DNA of 64,000 nucleotides from NCBI GenBank assembly GCA_002269645.1, contig NIVC01000860.1, positions 310,001-374,000 of the forward strand, written 5' to 3'. Source of the stretch: Macrostomum lignano. Taxonomy: Eukaryota. A program made the translations under genes and the position numbers. Under the pieces are notes generated by a model. The model made no database searches. It was not told the DNA's origin and saw only the letters and a list, made by a program, of their open reading frames with translations. Below, one piece after another: positions 41,918-64,000 of the stretch. Positions within the stretch are counted from its first letter, which is position 1. Every line of letters begins with the position of its first letter.

Positions 41918-44358
41918 TCAAACGCTCGAGTCGACGAAGCATTTCAGCACCTGAGCTTCGTCTGGTGGCATGAGCTGCCCATTTTTTGGAATTTGCTGCT
42001 CCTGCTGCTTCTGCTGCGGCTCCAGAAGCTGCTGGTGCTGGTGCTGGTTCTCAATTCGTCTCATCTGCTGAGCCGAGCTTTCGGCCTCGTTGCCATAGCA
42101 ACCAGCCAAACAGCTGGGCAGCATCTGCGCCAGACATGTCTTGAACCTGTTGTTACTGGCAACGTAGATGAAGAAGTTGCAGCTTCCGTCCAGTGAGCCA
42201 ACGGCATTGGAGACCAGCGTCAGGGCGATGTACACACCTGGGGTCAGGTTAGTCAGGGCCATGTACACACCTGGGGTCAGGTGGATCAGGGTCATGTACA
42301 TACCTGGGATCAGTTTGGTCAGGGCGATATACACACCTGGGGTCAGGTTAGTCAGGGCAATGTACATACCTGGGGTCAGGTTGGTCAGGGCGATGTACAC
42401 ACCTGGGGTCAGGTTGGTCAGGGCTATGTACACACCTGGGGTCAGGTTGGTCAGGGCTATGTACACACCTGGGGTCAGGTGGGTCAGGGCTATGTACACA
42501 CCTGGGGTCAGGTTGGTCAGGGCGATGTACACACCTGGGGTCAAGTGGGTCAGGGCGATGTACACACCTGGGGTCAGGTTAGTCAGGGCGATGTACACAC
42601 CTGGGGTCAAGTGGGTCAGAGTGATGTACACACCTGGGGTTAGGTTGGTCAGGGCGATGACGCCCCAGGCCAGCTGCGGCAGCTGGCAGGCGATGTACAA
42701 GTTGGTGAGCATGAGCACAGTTCTGGTAGCCTGTCCGCTTCTCTGCTCGGCGCACCGTCTGGCCCGGTGTCCCTGGCCGTGCTGGCTGCGCAGCTCCCGG
42801 CCGGACCGGCGCACCCGCAGCACCGTCAGCCAGTTGCACACGCAGGCGGCCAGCACGGGGCCGCCGATCTGCAGGCCGAAGTTCACCAAGCCGGTGTACA
42901 TCCTGGTCAGCTTGGTGGTGGCGATCTCAGCGTAGTGCAGGCCGTCTGAACAGGCGGCCAGCCGGAGGTTGACCTCCATGAAGCGCGGGGTGCCGAGCGT
43001 CAGGGCGAGGATGCAGAGGCCGATTGTCACGCATTTGAGGTGGCGTCGGAGCGGCAGAGAGCGGCTTCTGCGGTTTGTAGAAGTTTCAGGTGCGTTCTTG
43101 AGGGCCGCGCACGAAATCGAACCATGGGTGTCGTGGCGCTACCCCTAGTAGTAAAAGTGACTCAGGTGGGACTCAGGTGTATCATAGCTGCCGCATTTAT
43201 TGGCACTTTATCTTGAACAGCGAGATTGAATTATTCAATGTACCATGCAAGGTGACATTGGATTTTGACATTTCTTTACCGTCTAATCATCTCCTTTCAG
43301 GCTAAGTCCTGCAGTGGCGACAGAGCGCTTTTGCGGGCCTTTCAGCTGATTAAAGAAGCCGGATCCAATTAGCTAAATAACAGCCCACAGCTCTGCTACA
43401 AAATGACAGGGCGACACAGAATCGGTTCTTGGGTTTTTAATCTTCAAATTGCAACCCTGGATCATATTATCTAGCCTTAAATCATGTGTTTGATTTCTGC
43501 GAAGCAGCTTGCTTGCCGATGGGGTGGTGGGTCAGTTATTGCGCACAAGTGGTGAAGCAGCTTGCTTGCCGATTGGGGTGGTGGGTCAGTCAGTGCGCAC
43601 AAGTGGTGAAGCGGCTCTCTTATCGATTGGGGTGGTGGGTCAGTCAGTGCGCACAAGTGGTGAAGCGGCTCTCTTATCGATTGGGGTGGTGGGTCAGTCA
43701 GTGCGCACAAGTGGTGAAGCGGCTCTCTTATCAATTGGGGTGGTGGGTCAGTCAGTGCGCACAAGAGTGAAGCGGCTCGCTTACTGATTGGGGTAATTAA
43801 AGTGCAAAATTAAAGTGAGTGCGCGCCGGCAGCGATCGCCTATTGTTTAATATCATTAATTAATTATGGGGCCATAATTAATGAATTAAATAAAGGTGCA
43901 AACCTTAGCGGAGCGTAGATCTTGATGACTCTGGACAGAGCGATGAGCAGCATCAGCCAGTTGTGCGCCATCACCAGCGAGACTCTCAGCGCCCAAGCTG
44001 GTGGGTGCAGGTAGGCCAATGCCAGGTAGAACTCCCTAGAATGGCCGCCGCTCACCTGGAGCGTATGGCAGGCATTGTCTAGAAGGTTCAGCAGTACATA
44101 GAGCGTGTCCGGCACGGCCAGGTAGCGAAGTAACCTGGCCAGCTCAGACTGAGCTCCCGCTCGAGTCAGCACCGCATAGGACAGGCTGTTGAGCAGTATT
44201 CCAGCGCCTGTGAGCAGCATCTGCGCCAGGTTCAGTAAGACTACCAGAGCCAGCAGTGGCCCACTGCTCTGGTACCTGTAGTCCGCCTCGGTGCAGTTGA
44301 CGATTTCCACGAATCTGTAGTACACGGCCGGGGCCGGAGTCCTGCCTGGGGCGAGCAT
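41918..44358 (-). CDS. Rhodopsin-family (class A) peptide-type GPCR
   Basis: Exons 44358-43904 and 43067-41918 (phase 2, GT/AG). Seven hydrophobic segments; LAVPD in TM2, CQLP in TM6, SCNFFIY in TM7. The 33-nt array between TM6 and TM7 may be a further intron (42238-42633). Confidence 0.85.
42218..42660 (-). repeat. 33-nt in-frame tandem array inside the GPCR
   Basis: 13 units encoding VYIALTNLTPG and variants. Confidence 0.97.
43490..43790. repeat. 54-nt minisatellite in GPCR intron 1
   Basis: About 5.5 copies of GTGAAGCGGCTCTCTTATCGATTGGGGTGGTGGGTCAGTCAGTGCGCACAAGTG. Confidence 0.93.
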
Positions 44359-44649
44359 GTCAGTCAGTAAAAGAGCCTCTCACACGGGAATCTGCAAGAG
44401 AATTCGATTACCTGCTACTCCCCTCGGCCTGCCCGCTCACCTGGCTTTAGTAGCCATGCTCGGCTGAGTCAGCAAGCTGGTTCGCTTTGCCGCGATTGGC
44501 CCAGCCAATATGGAAATTTTCCAAGGTAAAATTCCAATTATGCTAGTTAGCCGGCTGGAGCATGTGATGCGAAGACTGACTTGGAATTTTGCTATTGAAT
44601 TATCGCGTGAGCTTCTGTGCGCAACCCGTAACAATACCTTATAACAGGT

Positions 44650-45490
44650 AGGTGATACACCTGTCTAGCAGGTGACGCCATCCTGTCTAACAGGTGGCAT
44701 CCTCCTGTCTAACAGGTGACGCCATCCTGTCTAACAGGTGACACCATCCTGTCTAACAGGTGGCACCAACCCGTCTAACAGGTGGCATCCTCCTGTCTAA
44801 CAGGTGGCATTCTCCTGTCTAACAGGTGACGCCATCCTGTCTAACAGGTGACACCATCCTGTCTAACAGGTGACACCATCCTGTCTAACAGGTGACACCA
44901 TCCTATCTAACAGGTGACACATCTATCTAACAGGTGGCACCATCCTGTCTAACAGGTGGCACCATCCTGTCTAACAGGTGATGCCATCCTATCTAACAGG
45001 TGACGCCATCCTATCTAACAGGTGGCACCATGCTGTCAAACAGGTGACACCATCCTGTCTAACAGGTGACACCATCATGTCTAACAGGTGAAACACCTAA
45101 CAGGTGACACCATCCTTTTCTAACAGGTGACACAATCCTGTCTTACAGGTGACACACCTGGCTAACAGGTGATGCCATCCTATCTAACAGGTGACGCCAT
45201 CCTATCTAACAGGTGGCACCATGCTGTCAAACAGGTGACACCATCCTGTCTAACAGGTGACACCATCATGTCTAACAGGTGAAACATCTAACAGGTGACA
45301 CCATCCTTTTCTAACAGGTGACACAATCCTGTCTTACAGGTGACACACCTGGCTAACAGGTGATACCATCCTTTTCTAACAGGTGGCACCATCCCGTCTA
45401 ACAGGTGGGCACTATTCGGTCCAACAGGTGTCACCATCATGTCTAACAGGTGACACAATCACCAGGTGACACCAACCTGTCTAACAGGTG
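44650..45490. repeat. 22-nt minisatellite upstream of the GPCR
   Basis: Unit CTAACAGGTGACACCATCCTGT. Confidence 0.95.
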
Positions 45491-46024
45491 ACACTATATT
45501 GTCTAACACCTATATAATTGGCAACCGGTTACTATATGCACCTACATGCATGCACATTTGGATGCAGCAGATGTATATTCAAGTAGATTTGTATCAAGTA
45601 AATTTTCAGTTACGATACGAGCTATTTAAACTCTATCGTAAGCTAATTCACACAAGAATTGTCACTCAACAGAGGCCGTCTTAAACAGGCGATTTGAAAT
45701 ACATAAAACCATAATTTCTGGAAGGACTCACAAGAGTGCATGAAAGCGGTCCATAAGATAAAAGCCCATACAATATCAAGCAGAAGATATTGTTATATCT
45801 TTATAATAAGTATCGTTAGTATCAAGCAAAAGGATAGCTTTGGTGCTGATGGCTCAATATTAATTAATTATCAAGACAGATCATTCCTTTTAGACGATTT
45901 TTCGTCCATCGAAACTTTCATGTGCATCGCCTATTACTCGCAATATCACTTTCAAGTAGCATTATTAGAACTTAAAATTCGGAAATAGTATTAAAAAATA
46001 AATGATCCCTACTACTTTGTATGG

Positions 46025-46775
46025 ATTTGACCAATTGATGCAGCAATACTTCGATGACCAATTGATGCAGCAATACTTCGATGACCAATTGATGCAGCAA
46101 TACCTGCATGACCATTTGATGCGGCAATACATGTACCTGGATAACCATTTGATGCGGCAATACATGTACCTGGATGACCCAATTGATGCAGCAATACCTG
46201 GATGACCCAATTGATGCAGCAATACCTGGATGACCCAATTGATGCAGCAATACCTGGATGACCCAATTGATGCAGCAATACCTGGTTGACCCAATTGATG
46301 CAGCAATACCTGGATGACCCAATTGATGCAGCAATACCTGGATGACCCAATTGATGCAGCAATACCTGGATGACCCAATTGATGCAGCAATACCTGGATG
46401 ACCCAATTGATGCAGCAATACCTGGATGACCCAATTGATGCAGCAATACCTGGATTACTTAATTGATGCAGCAATACCTGGATGACCCAATTGATGCAGC
46501 AATACCTGGATTACTTAATTGATGCAGCAATACCTGGATGACCCAATTGATGCAGCAATACCTGGATTACTTAATTGATGCAGCAATACCTGGATGACCC
46601 AATTGATGCAGCAATACCTGGATTACTTAATTGATGCAGCAATACCTGGATGACCCAATTGATGCAGCAATACCTGGATTACTTAATTGATGCAGCAATA
46701 CCTGGATGACCCAATTTATGCAGCAATACCTGGATGACCCAATTGATGCAGCAATACCTGGATGACCCAATTGCT
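46025..46775. repeat. 28-nt minisatellite
   Basis: Unit GATGACCCAATTGATGCAGCAATACCTG. Confidence 0.95.
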
Positions 46776-47757
46776 TTAATTTTTGAAAGTTTATTTACTA
46801 AAACTTGTGAAATGCTTAATCAGGAATATAATTATAAATATAGTTTATATAGCAAAAGCATATATATTTATACATATATTTGTATCATATTTTAATATGA
46901 GTATATTAATATATAAAAGTCTTGATAAAAAATCGTTCAAACGTTTCGTGGCATACAGCAGTGCATTGTGGCTCTGGGTGCACAATTTTACATATCAATG
47001 TGCTCGCACTTGAAATTGAAAAAAAAGAAAATTTAAGCAAGAGTTCAGGTGAACGAGGAGTCAAGTTAATAATTAATATTCTCGAACTACGGGACACAAC
47101 AGGCTGGGACCTCCAACTAGCAACCTTCTGGCTGTTGCGGACTTGAAATTCGATTCATCACCAAAGGTTAAAAAAGTTCAAAGAGGACCGAAAATTCTAA
47201 AAAAATTGAAAAGGTTTTTTCCTAAGTTAATTACCAACAAAAAACTAAACAGAAATTCAATAACTGTGTATACACGAGAAAAACACACGCAATCGAAGAC
47301 ACATCGAATCGAATTTTGAGCGAATAAAAACTTCGTGATGCAGCATGAACAGGTAAAAAATGAGAACAATAATTAATAAAGCTGCGCGGAAGCCTTCGTT
47401 TCTCAGAAAAAATTGGTTGAATAGCACACGGAAATAATCAATCATTATAATACATAATTAACTGCCAAGTACTCAGTTAATTTCTTTTATTACCCAAGCT
47501 GAGATTCCACAACAGGAGCCGGTCTACCCTGGGTTCGAATCCGCGTACGAGGCCAACATTATTATAACGGTTCTTGATTCTCACTAAAATTAACTTGATC
47601 CCGTATTGACCGAGGTAAAAGGCCGGAGTAAGTATAACTGTAATTCTAAAGCATAATGCCTCGCCAGCTAATCAGTTAGTACATTCGTCAACCTTTCGCG
47701 GTGTAAAGCCAGGTCATAACAAACCATTCAGCTGTATTAAAAAAACCGCACGCAGGA

Positions 47758-50753
<2,996 letters not shown>

Positions 50754-51052
50754 CTAAAATGCAGTCTGTGTCTGCGCCTGATTTGTGATTTTTTTCTGTA
50801 TCTCTGCCTATGTACGTCTCTCTCTACATGTACTTGTCACTCTTACCCAGCAATTTCTTCTATCAAACCTAGATAAACCTAATAATGTATCTAACAAAAA
50901 TAGAAGCAGGACGAGAAAGAGAGGCCCGACAGAGACACGGCAAGTAGAGAAAACACAAACAAACAAAAGAAGAGCAACTCAGTCAGTTATAAGATAAATA
51001 AACACACAAAAACACAGGAGTCCACCTGCCAATATTCCCAGTAAAGTCAGAC

Positions 51053-51582
51053 CTGACGCAATAGTAGACACCGGGACTGTTATTAGCATAGCTGGCGTTG
51101 CCACTGCATTCGTATAAATAATGCTGATGATGCTGATTGTGATGCTGGGACTGATGCTGATGGGGCTGAGCAAACTGCTGATGCTGCTGATAGTAAAGCT
51201 CATAGGGATCACTTAGCTGCTGATGGGCAGGGATCAATGAATCAAAGTCGGCAGCAGCAGCAGCTCCAAGTGGCTCAACAAAAAGCTCATCTTGCTGATA
51301 TGCGGGCGTCATCAGCGGGTCAGCGTACAGCACCGGGTCTGTCGACGAAGCGGCACCAGCCGCCGAGCTTGAAGTGGCGATGGACTCGGCATCGTATTTA
51401 ACAACACCTTCGACAGGATGCTGATGCTGAGGAGGATGCTGAGGCTGATAATAATCTGACCAGTAGTACTCGGGAGCAGGCTGAGGCGGGTAGCAACCAG
51501 CTTGACTGTTGCCAAGCACCAGGTCAAGAGGATCCAGACCCAGAAGCTGCTGATGCTGCTGATACTGCTGTTCCGGATCCAT
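51053..51582 (-). CDS. Su(H): Predicted alternative first coding exon of CSL (Gln/His/Tyr-rich)
   Basis: ATG at 51582 (MDPEQQYQQ). Two phase-2 AG|GT donor candidates near 51053 and 51023 fit the core exon. TATAAATA at 51721-51714. Confidence 0.55.
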
Positions 51583-52329
51583 ATTTATATATTTATAATG
51601 ATGATTTCTACCTTGATGGGAATTCTCAGACGGGATTATCGCACAGAATTGCTCCCACACACAGAAGCTCCAGCGAAAGACTCACACAGAGACTCGAAGC
51701 TTGGAGCAGCTTATATTTATATACAGGCATGAGAAAGTGGGCTGGACTCAAAAAACATTATAATGCGTGCCACGTATAAACTTGAGAAGCTGTTATAAAG
51801 CATTTATTTATTATTTTATTGCTCAATTTAGCAGTTACAAAATTTGTGTTATTTTCTGTTCTGCCCCATCACACGGCCAGCCCCCCCCCCCCATGAATGA
51901 CTCCAGCGAGAGCAGAGGGCGGAGATGAGAGCCATAAAGTTCTGCTGCCGCGCATGTGGGGACACGGGGAGAGAAAAGGGGAACTGAGGTGTGAGAGAGA
52001 GAGAGAGGAGAAGTTGCGAGAAAGCACGTTGGAAGTCAATTAAAGAAATTAAAAGACACAGAGAGGATCTCCTATACACCGAAATTGAGCTCATGCATTT
52101 ACAGTACTTACACACGTGCTATTTAGGGACTTTGGCCTCAAGCCAAATATGGACAGGGCAAGCACGATAGGTCTGAAACACTGTCATTTATAGTAACTAA
52201 CCGCTTAATAGGGCTCTTTTTCCAGCCTCTAGCCATTGTTGTCAGCAATTTGACTAATTTATCTTAGCCCTGACTCTCAACTAACTTCATCCTGACTCGC
52301 TAGATCAAGCTCAACTTTGATCTTATCAA

Positions 52330-53240
52330 ATCTATATCTCACCCTAAATCTCAAACAATCTCACCCCTGACTCTTACAAAATCTCACCCTTGATTCTTAA
52401 ACAATTTCACCCTGACTCTTTAACAATCTCACCCCAAATCTCAACCAATCTCACCCTGACTCTTGAACAATATCACCCTCGAATCTCAATCTCACCCCTG
52501 ACTCTCAACCAATCTCACCCCTGACTCTCAACCAAGCTCACCCCTGACTCTCAACCAATCTCACCCTGACTCTCAACCAATCTCACCCCTGACTCTCAAC
52601 CAATCTCACCCTGACTCTCAACCAATCTCACCCCTGACTCTCAACCAAGCTCACCCCTGACTCTCAACCAATCTCACCCTGACTCTCAACCAATCTCACC
52701 CCTGACTCTCAACCAATCTCACCCCTGACTCTCAACCAATCTCACCCTGACTCTCAACCAATCTCACCCCTGACTCTCAACCAATCTCACCCCTGACTCT
52801 CAACTAATCTCACACTGACTCTCAACCAATCTCACCCCTGACTCTCAACCAATCTCACCCCTGACTCTCAACCAATCTCACCCCTGACTCTCAACCAAGC
52901 TCACCCCTGACTCTCAACCAATCTCACCCCTGACTCTCAACCAATCTCACCCCTGACTCTCAACCAATCTCACCCCTGACTCTCAACCAATCTCACCCCT
53001 GACTCTCAACCAATCTCACCCCTGACTCTCAACCAATCTCACCCCTGACTCTCAACCAAGCTCACCCCTGACTCTCAACCAATCTCACCCCTGACTCTCA
53101 AAACCTAATTTCACCCCTGACTCTCAACCAAGCTCACCCCTGACTCTCAACCAATCTCACCCCTGACTCTCAACCAAGCTCACCCCTGACTCTCAACCAA
53201 TCTCACCCCTGACTCTCAAAACCTAATTTCACCCCTGACA
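52330..53240. repeat. 23-nt minisatellite
   Basis: Unit CTCAACCAATCTCACCCCTGACT. Confidence 0.95.
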
Positions 53241-53261
53241 GAACCCAATCAATCAACTCAC

Positions 53262-61338
<8,077 letters not shown>

Positions 61339-62017
61339 GACTAACGGAAGAACAAACAGACACAAACAAAAAACAGCGGGCCCAACAACGGCAGAGAAAT
61401 TATGACTGAATTTGGATTCCGACTTTCAGCTGAAGGAAGCCACCCGCTGGGTTTGATGAAGTATTCGAAAAACAACCCCACTGCACGCGATTAGGGGATG
61501 GCACAAGGGAAAAGAATCCTGGCGAATGGGAAGAAGACAACACCTCGCCGCTCGACGGGATAAAAATCTGGGAGATTTTCAAGTCCTGCGCCGGCACAGG
61601 TAATTGCAGGAATAGTGGCCAGGCTGACAAGCCCAGCGGTGAAAAGTAGTATCTAAGGAAATGGGAGAGGGAAGACTTGACGACAACAAGGCAAAGTAGA
61701 CCCGCAAAGTAAGAAAAAGAAGAAGAATGAACACCCAGCGGGAGCCCCAGACAGCGGGCGGTGCAGTGTGACATTTTCACAGACATGCGGCCATGCAGGC
61801 CAGAAGGAAATTAAAGAAGCGAGGGCTTCGGCTCCTTGTTTTCTGCTTGCAGCCTTGACTTTTTTAGGGCCCCCTTGGCCAAGGAGAACTTGAAACAGAA
61901 CTTAAAAAGAGCGCCAACTCTGCCTCTGAAATTTATCTTTCAAACACGATGAGGCACTTAGATTGCAGGCAGGCTACGGGTCGAGACAGTAGTGCCGCAC
62001 CTTACTATGTGGCTTAG

Positions 62018-63393
62018 AGATGAGACCAAGCGGGATCTCACGGTCGTTCAGTAAGCCACAAAGAGTCCATTTCAATTATGAGATGAGACCAAGCGGGATC
62101 TCAAGATCGTTCAGTAAGCCACAAAGAGTCCATTTCAATTATGAGATGAGACCAAGCGGGATCTCAAGATCGTTCAGTAAGCCACAAAGAGTCCATTTCA
62201 ATTATGAGATGAGACCAAGCGGGATCTCAAGGTCGTTCAGTAAGCCACAAAGAGTCCATTTCAATTATGAGATGAGACCAAGCGGGATCTCAAGGTCGTT
62301 CAGTAAGCCACAAAGAGTCCATTTCAATTATGAGATGAGACCAAGCGGGATCTCACGGTCGTTCAGTAAGCCACAAAGAGTCCATTTCAATTATGAGATG
62401 AGACCAAGCGGGATCTCACGGTCATTCAGTAAGCAACAAAGAGTCCATTTCAATTATGAGATGAGACCAAGCGGGATCTCAAGGTCGTTCAGTAAGCCAC
62501 AAAGAGTCCATTTCAATTATGAGATGAGACCAAGCGGGATCTCAAGATCGTTCAGTAAGCCACAAAGAGTCCATTTCAATTATGAGATGAGACCAAGCGG
62601 AATCTCACGGTCGTTCAGTAAGCCACAAAGAGTCCATTTCAATTATGAGATGAGACCAAGCGGAATCTCACGGTCGTTCAGTAAGCCACAAAGAGTCCAT
62701 TTCAATTATGAGATGAGACCAAGCGGAATCTCACGGTCGTTCAGTAAGCCACAAAGAGTCCATTTCAATTATGAGATGAGACCAAGCGGGATCTCAAGAT
62801 CGTTCAGTAAGCCACAAAGAGTCCATTTCAATTATGAGATGAGACCAAGCGGGATCTCAAGATCGTTCAGTAAGCCACAAAGAGTCCATTTCAATTATGA
62901 GATGAGACCAAGCGGGATCTCAAGGTCGTTCAGTAAGCCACAAAGAGTCCATTTCAATTATGAGATGAGACCAAGCGGGATCTCAAGATCGTTCAGTAAG
63001 CCACAAAGAGTCCATTTCAATTATGAGATGAGACCAAGCGGGATCTCACGGTCGTTCAGTAAGCCACAAAGAGTCCATTTCAATTATGAGATGAGACCAA
63101 GCGGGATCTCAAGGTCGTTCAGTAAGCCACAAAGAGTCCATTTCAATTATGAGATGAGACCAAGCGGGATCTCAAGGTCGTTCAGTAAGCCACAAAGAGT
63201 CCATTTCAATTATGAGATGAGACCAAGCGGGATCTCAAGGTCGTTCAGTAAGCCACAAATAGTCCATTTAAATTATGAGATGAGACCAAGCGGGATCTCA
63301 AGGTCGTTCAGTAAGCCACAAAGAGTCCATTTGAATTATGAGATGAGACCAAGCGGGATCTCAAGGTCGTTCAGTAAGCCACAAAGAGTCCAT
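62018..63393. repeat. 63-nt tandem array, about 22 highly similar copies, upstream of CSL
   Basis: Unit GAGATGAGACCAAGCGGGATCTCAAGGTCGTTCAGTAAGCCACAAAGAGTCCATTTCAATTAT. Confidence 0.97.
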
Positions 63394-64000
63394 TCGGCTT
63401 TCACGTTTTATAAAAATTTTGTTTGAAAACTTGAAGATCTGTGTGCCATTCCATATTTTATTTTAATAGGTCGGTCTCCTTGAGCAGTCGCTGGTGCGCA
63501 TAAAAAGTCAAGGGAAGGCTAAGGGAGGATGAGGCCGGCCCCATCAGACCCAGAAACAATGAGTAATGACGAAGTTGATAGCCAGTGAAAGCGAGCATTG
63601 CGATATATATAGGGCAAATTCCACTCCACCGAAAACAGAGCGAGGGAAAGGAAAATCTTGCCGCCAAAGAAAGAATCTTGGAAGATTCCCATCAGCCCCG
63701 AGGCCAACAGGACCACAGCACCCCCCAGGCCCCCTATTAGCAAAGTGGGCAGCAAGCACGCATGGATGCAAACAGAATAGAGTGGCTTACGGGTGGAACT
63801 GGGGTGCAAATTGGGGCCCGTGCTGTGAGGCCGAAATTCTTTAAGAAAGTAAATTGAAAACCACCGCGCGTGGACCGACCGACCGTGGAGTATTAAAAAT
63901 ATATTATATAGATTGGATTGCAAAAGGCTGAACTGTGGATTGCAGTCCTTATTATTTACTTACTCATCAAGGCCAAGGGGGCTTGGGTATTGGCCCACAT

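Noticed and set aside
47505-47560. tRNA gene suggested by GGGTTCGAATCC
   Set aside because: Only a B-box; no A-box or cloverleaf. The same applies to the motif near 43115.
62020-63426. 468-aa repeat ORF, or a CRISPR-like array
   Set aside because: Head-to-tail units with no unique spacers and no cas genes, in a eukaryotic context. The ORF follows from a stop-free unit whose length is a multiple of three.

Overview
Eukaryotic (animal) genomic DNA with spliced, GC-rich genes whose introns are packed with tandem repeats. The style suggests a flatworm such as Macrostomum, but that is inference only. Contents, left to right: (1) a full-length but disabled LOA/R1-like non-LTR retrotransposon (124-6113, minus) with a 9-bp target-site duplication; (2) three minus-strand secreted-protein loci sharing an upstream module: a PAN + C-type lectin gene, a frameshifted LamG/ConA-like gene and a truncated lectin paralogue; (3) a probable 2.2-kb solo LTR; (4) a 3-exon divergent presenilin; (5) a 3-exon MARVEL-domain gene; (6) a 7-exon netrin with four rather than three LE repeats; (7) a rhodopsin-family peptide GPCR; (8) a Su(H)/CSL (RBP-J) gene spanning 47758-61338 (minus) with a predicted 10-nt microexon, a probable internal promoter and nested DNA transposons in one intron. 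Two observations stand out. First, a 33-nt exon-derived tandem array in the GPCR carries a donor/acceptor junction in every unit and a branch-point-like motif in several, so it may be a new intron formed by tandem duplication. Second, four different minisatellites in the CSL locus each multimerise a CSL-like binding core, suggesting repeat-built autoregulation. All gene models are manual predictions from splice signals and phase; no database search was run.
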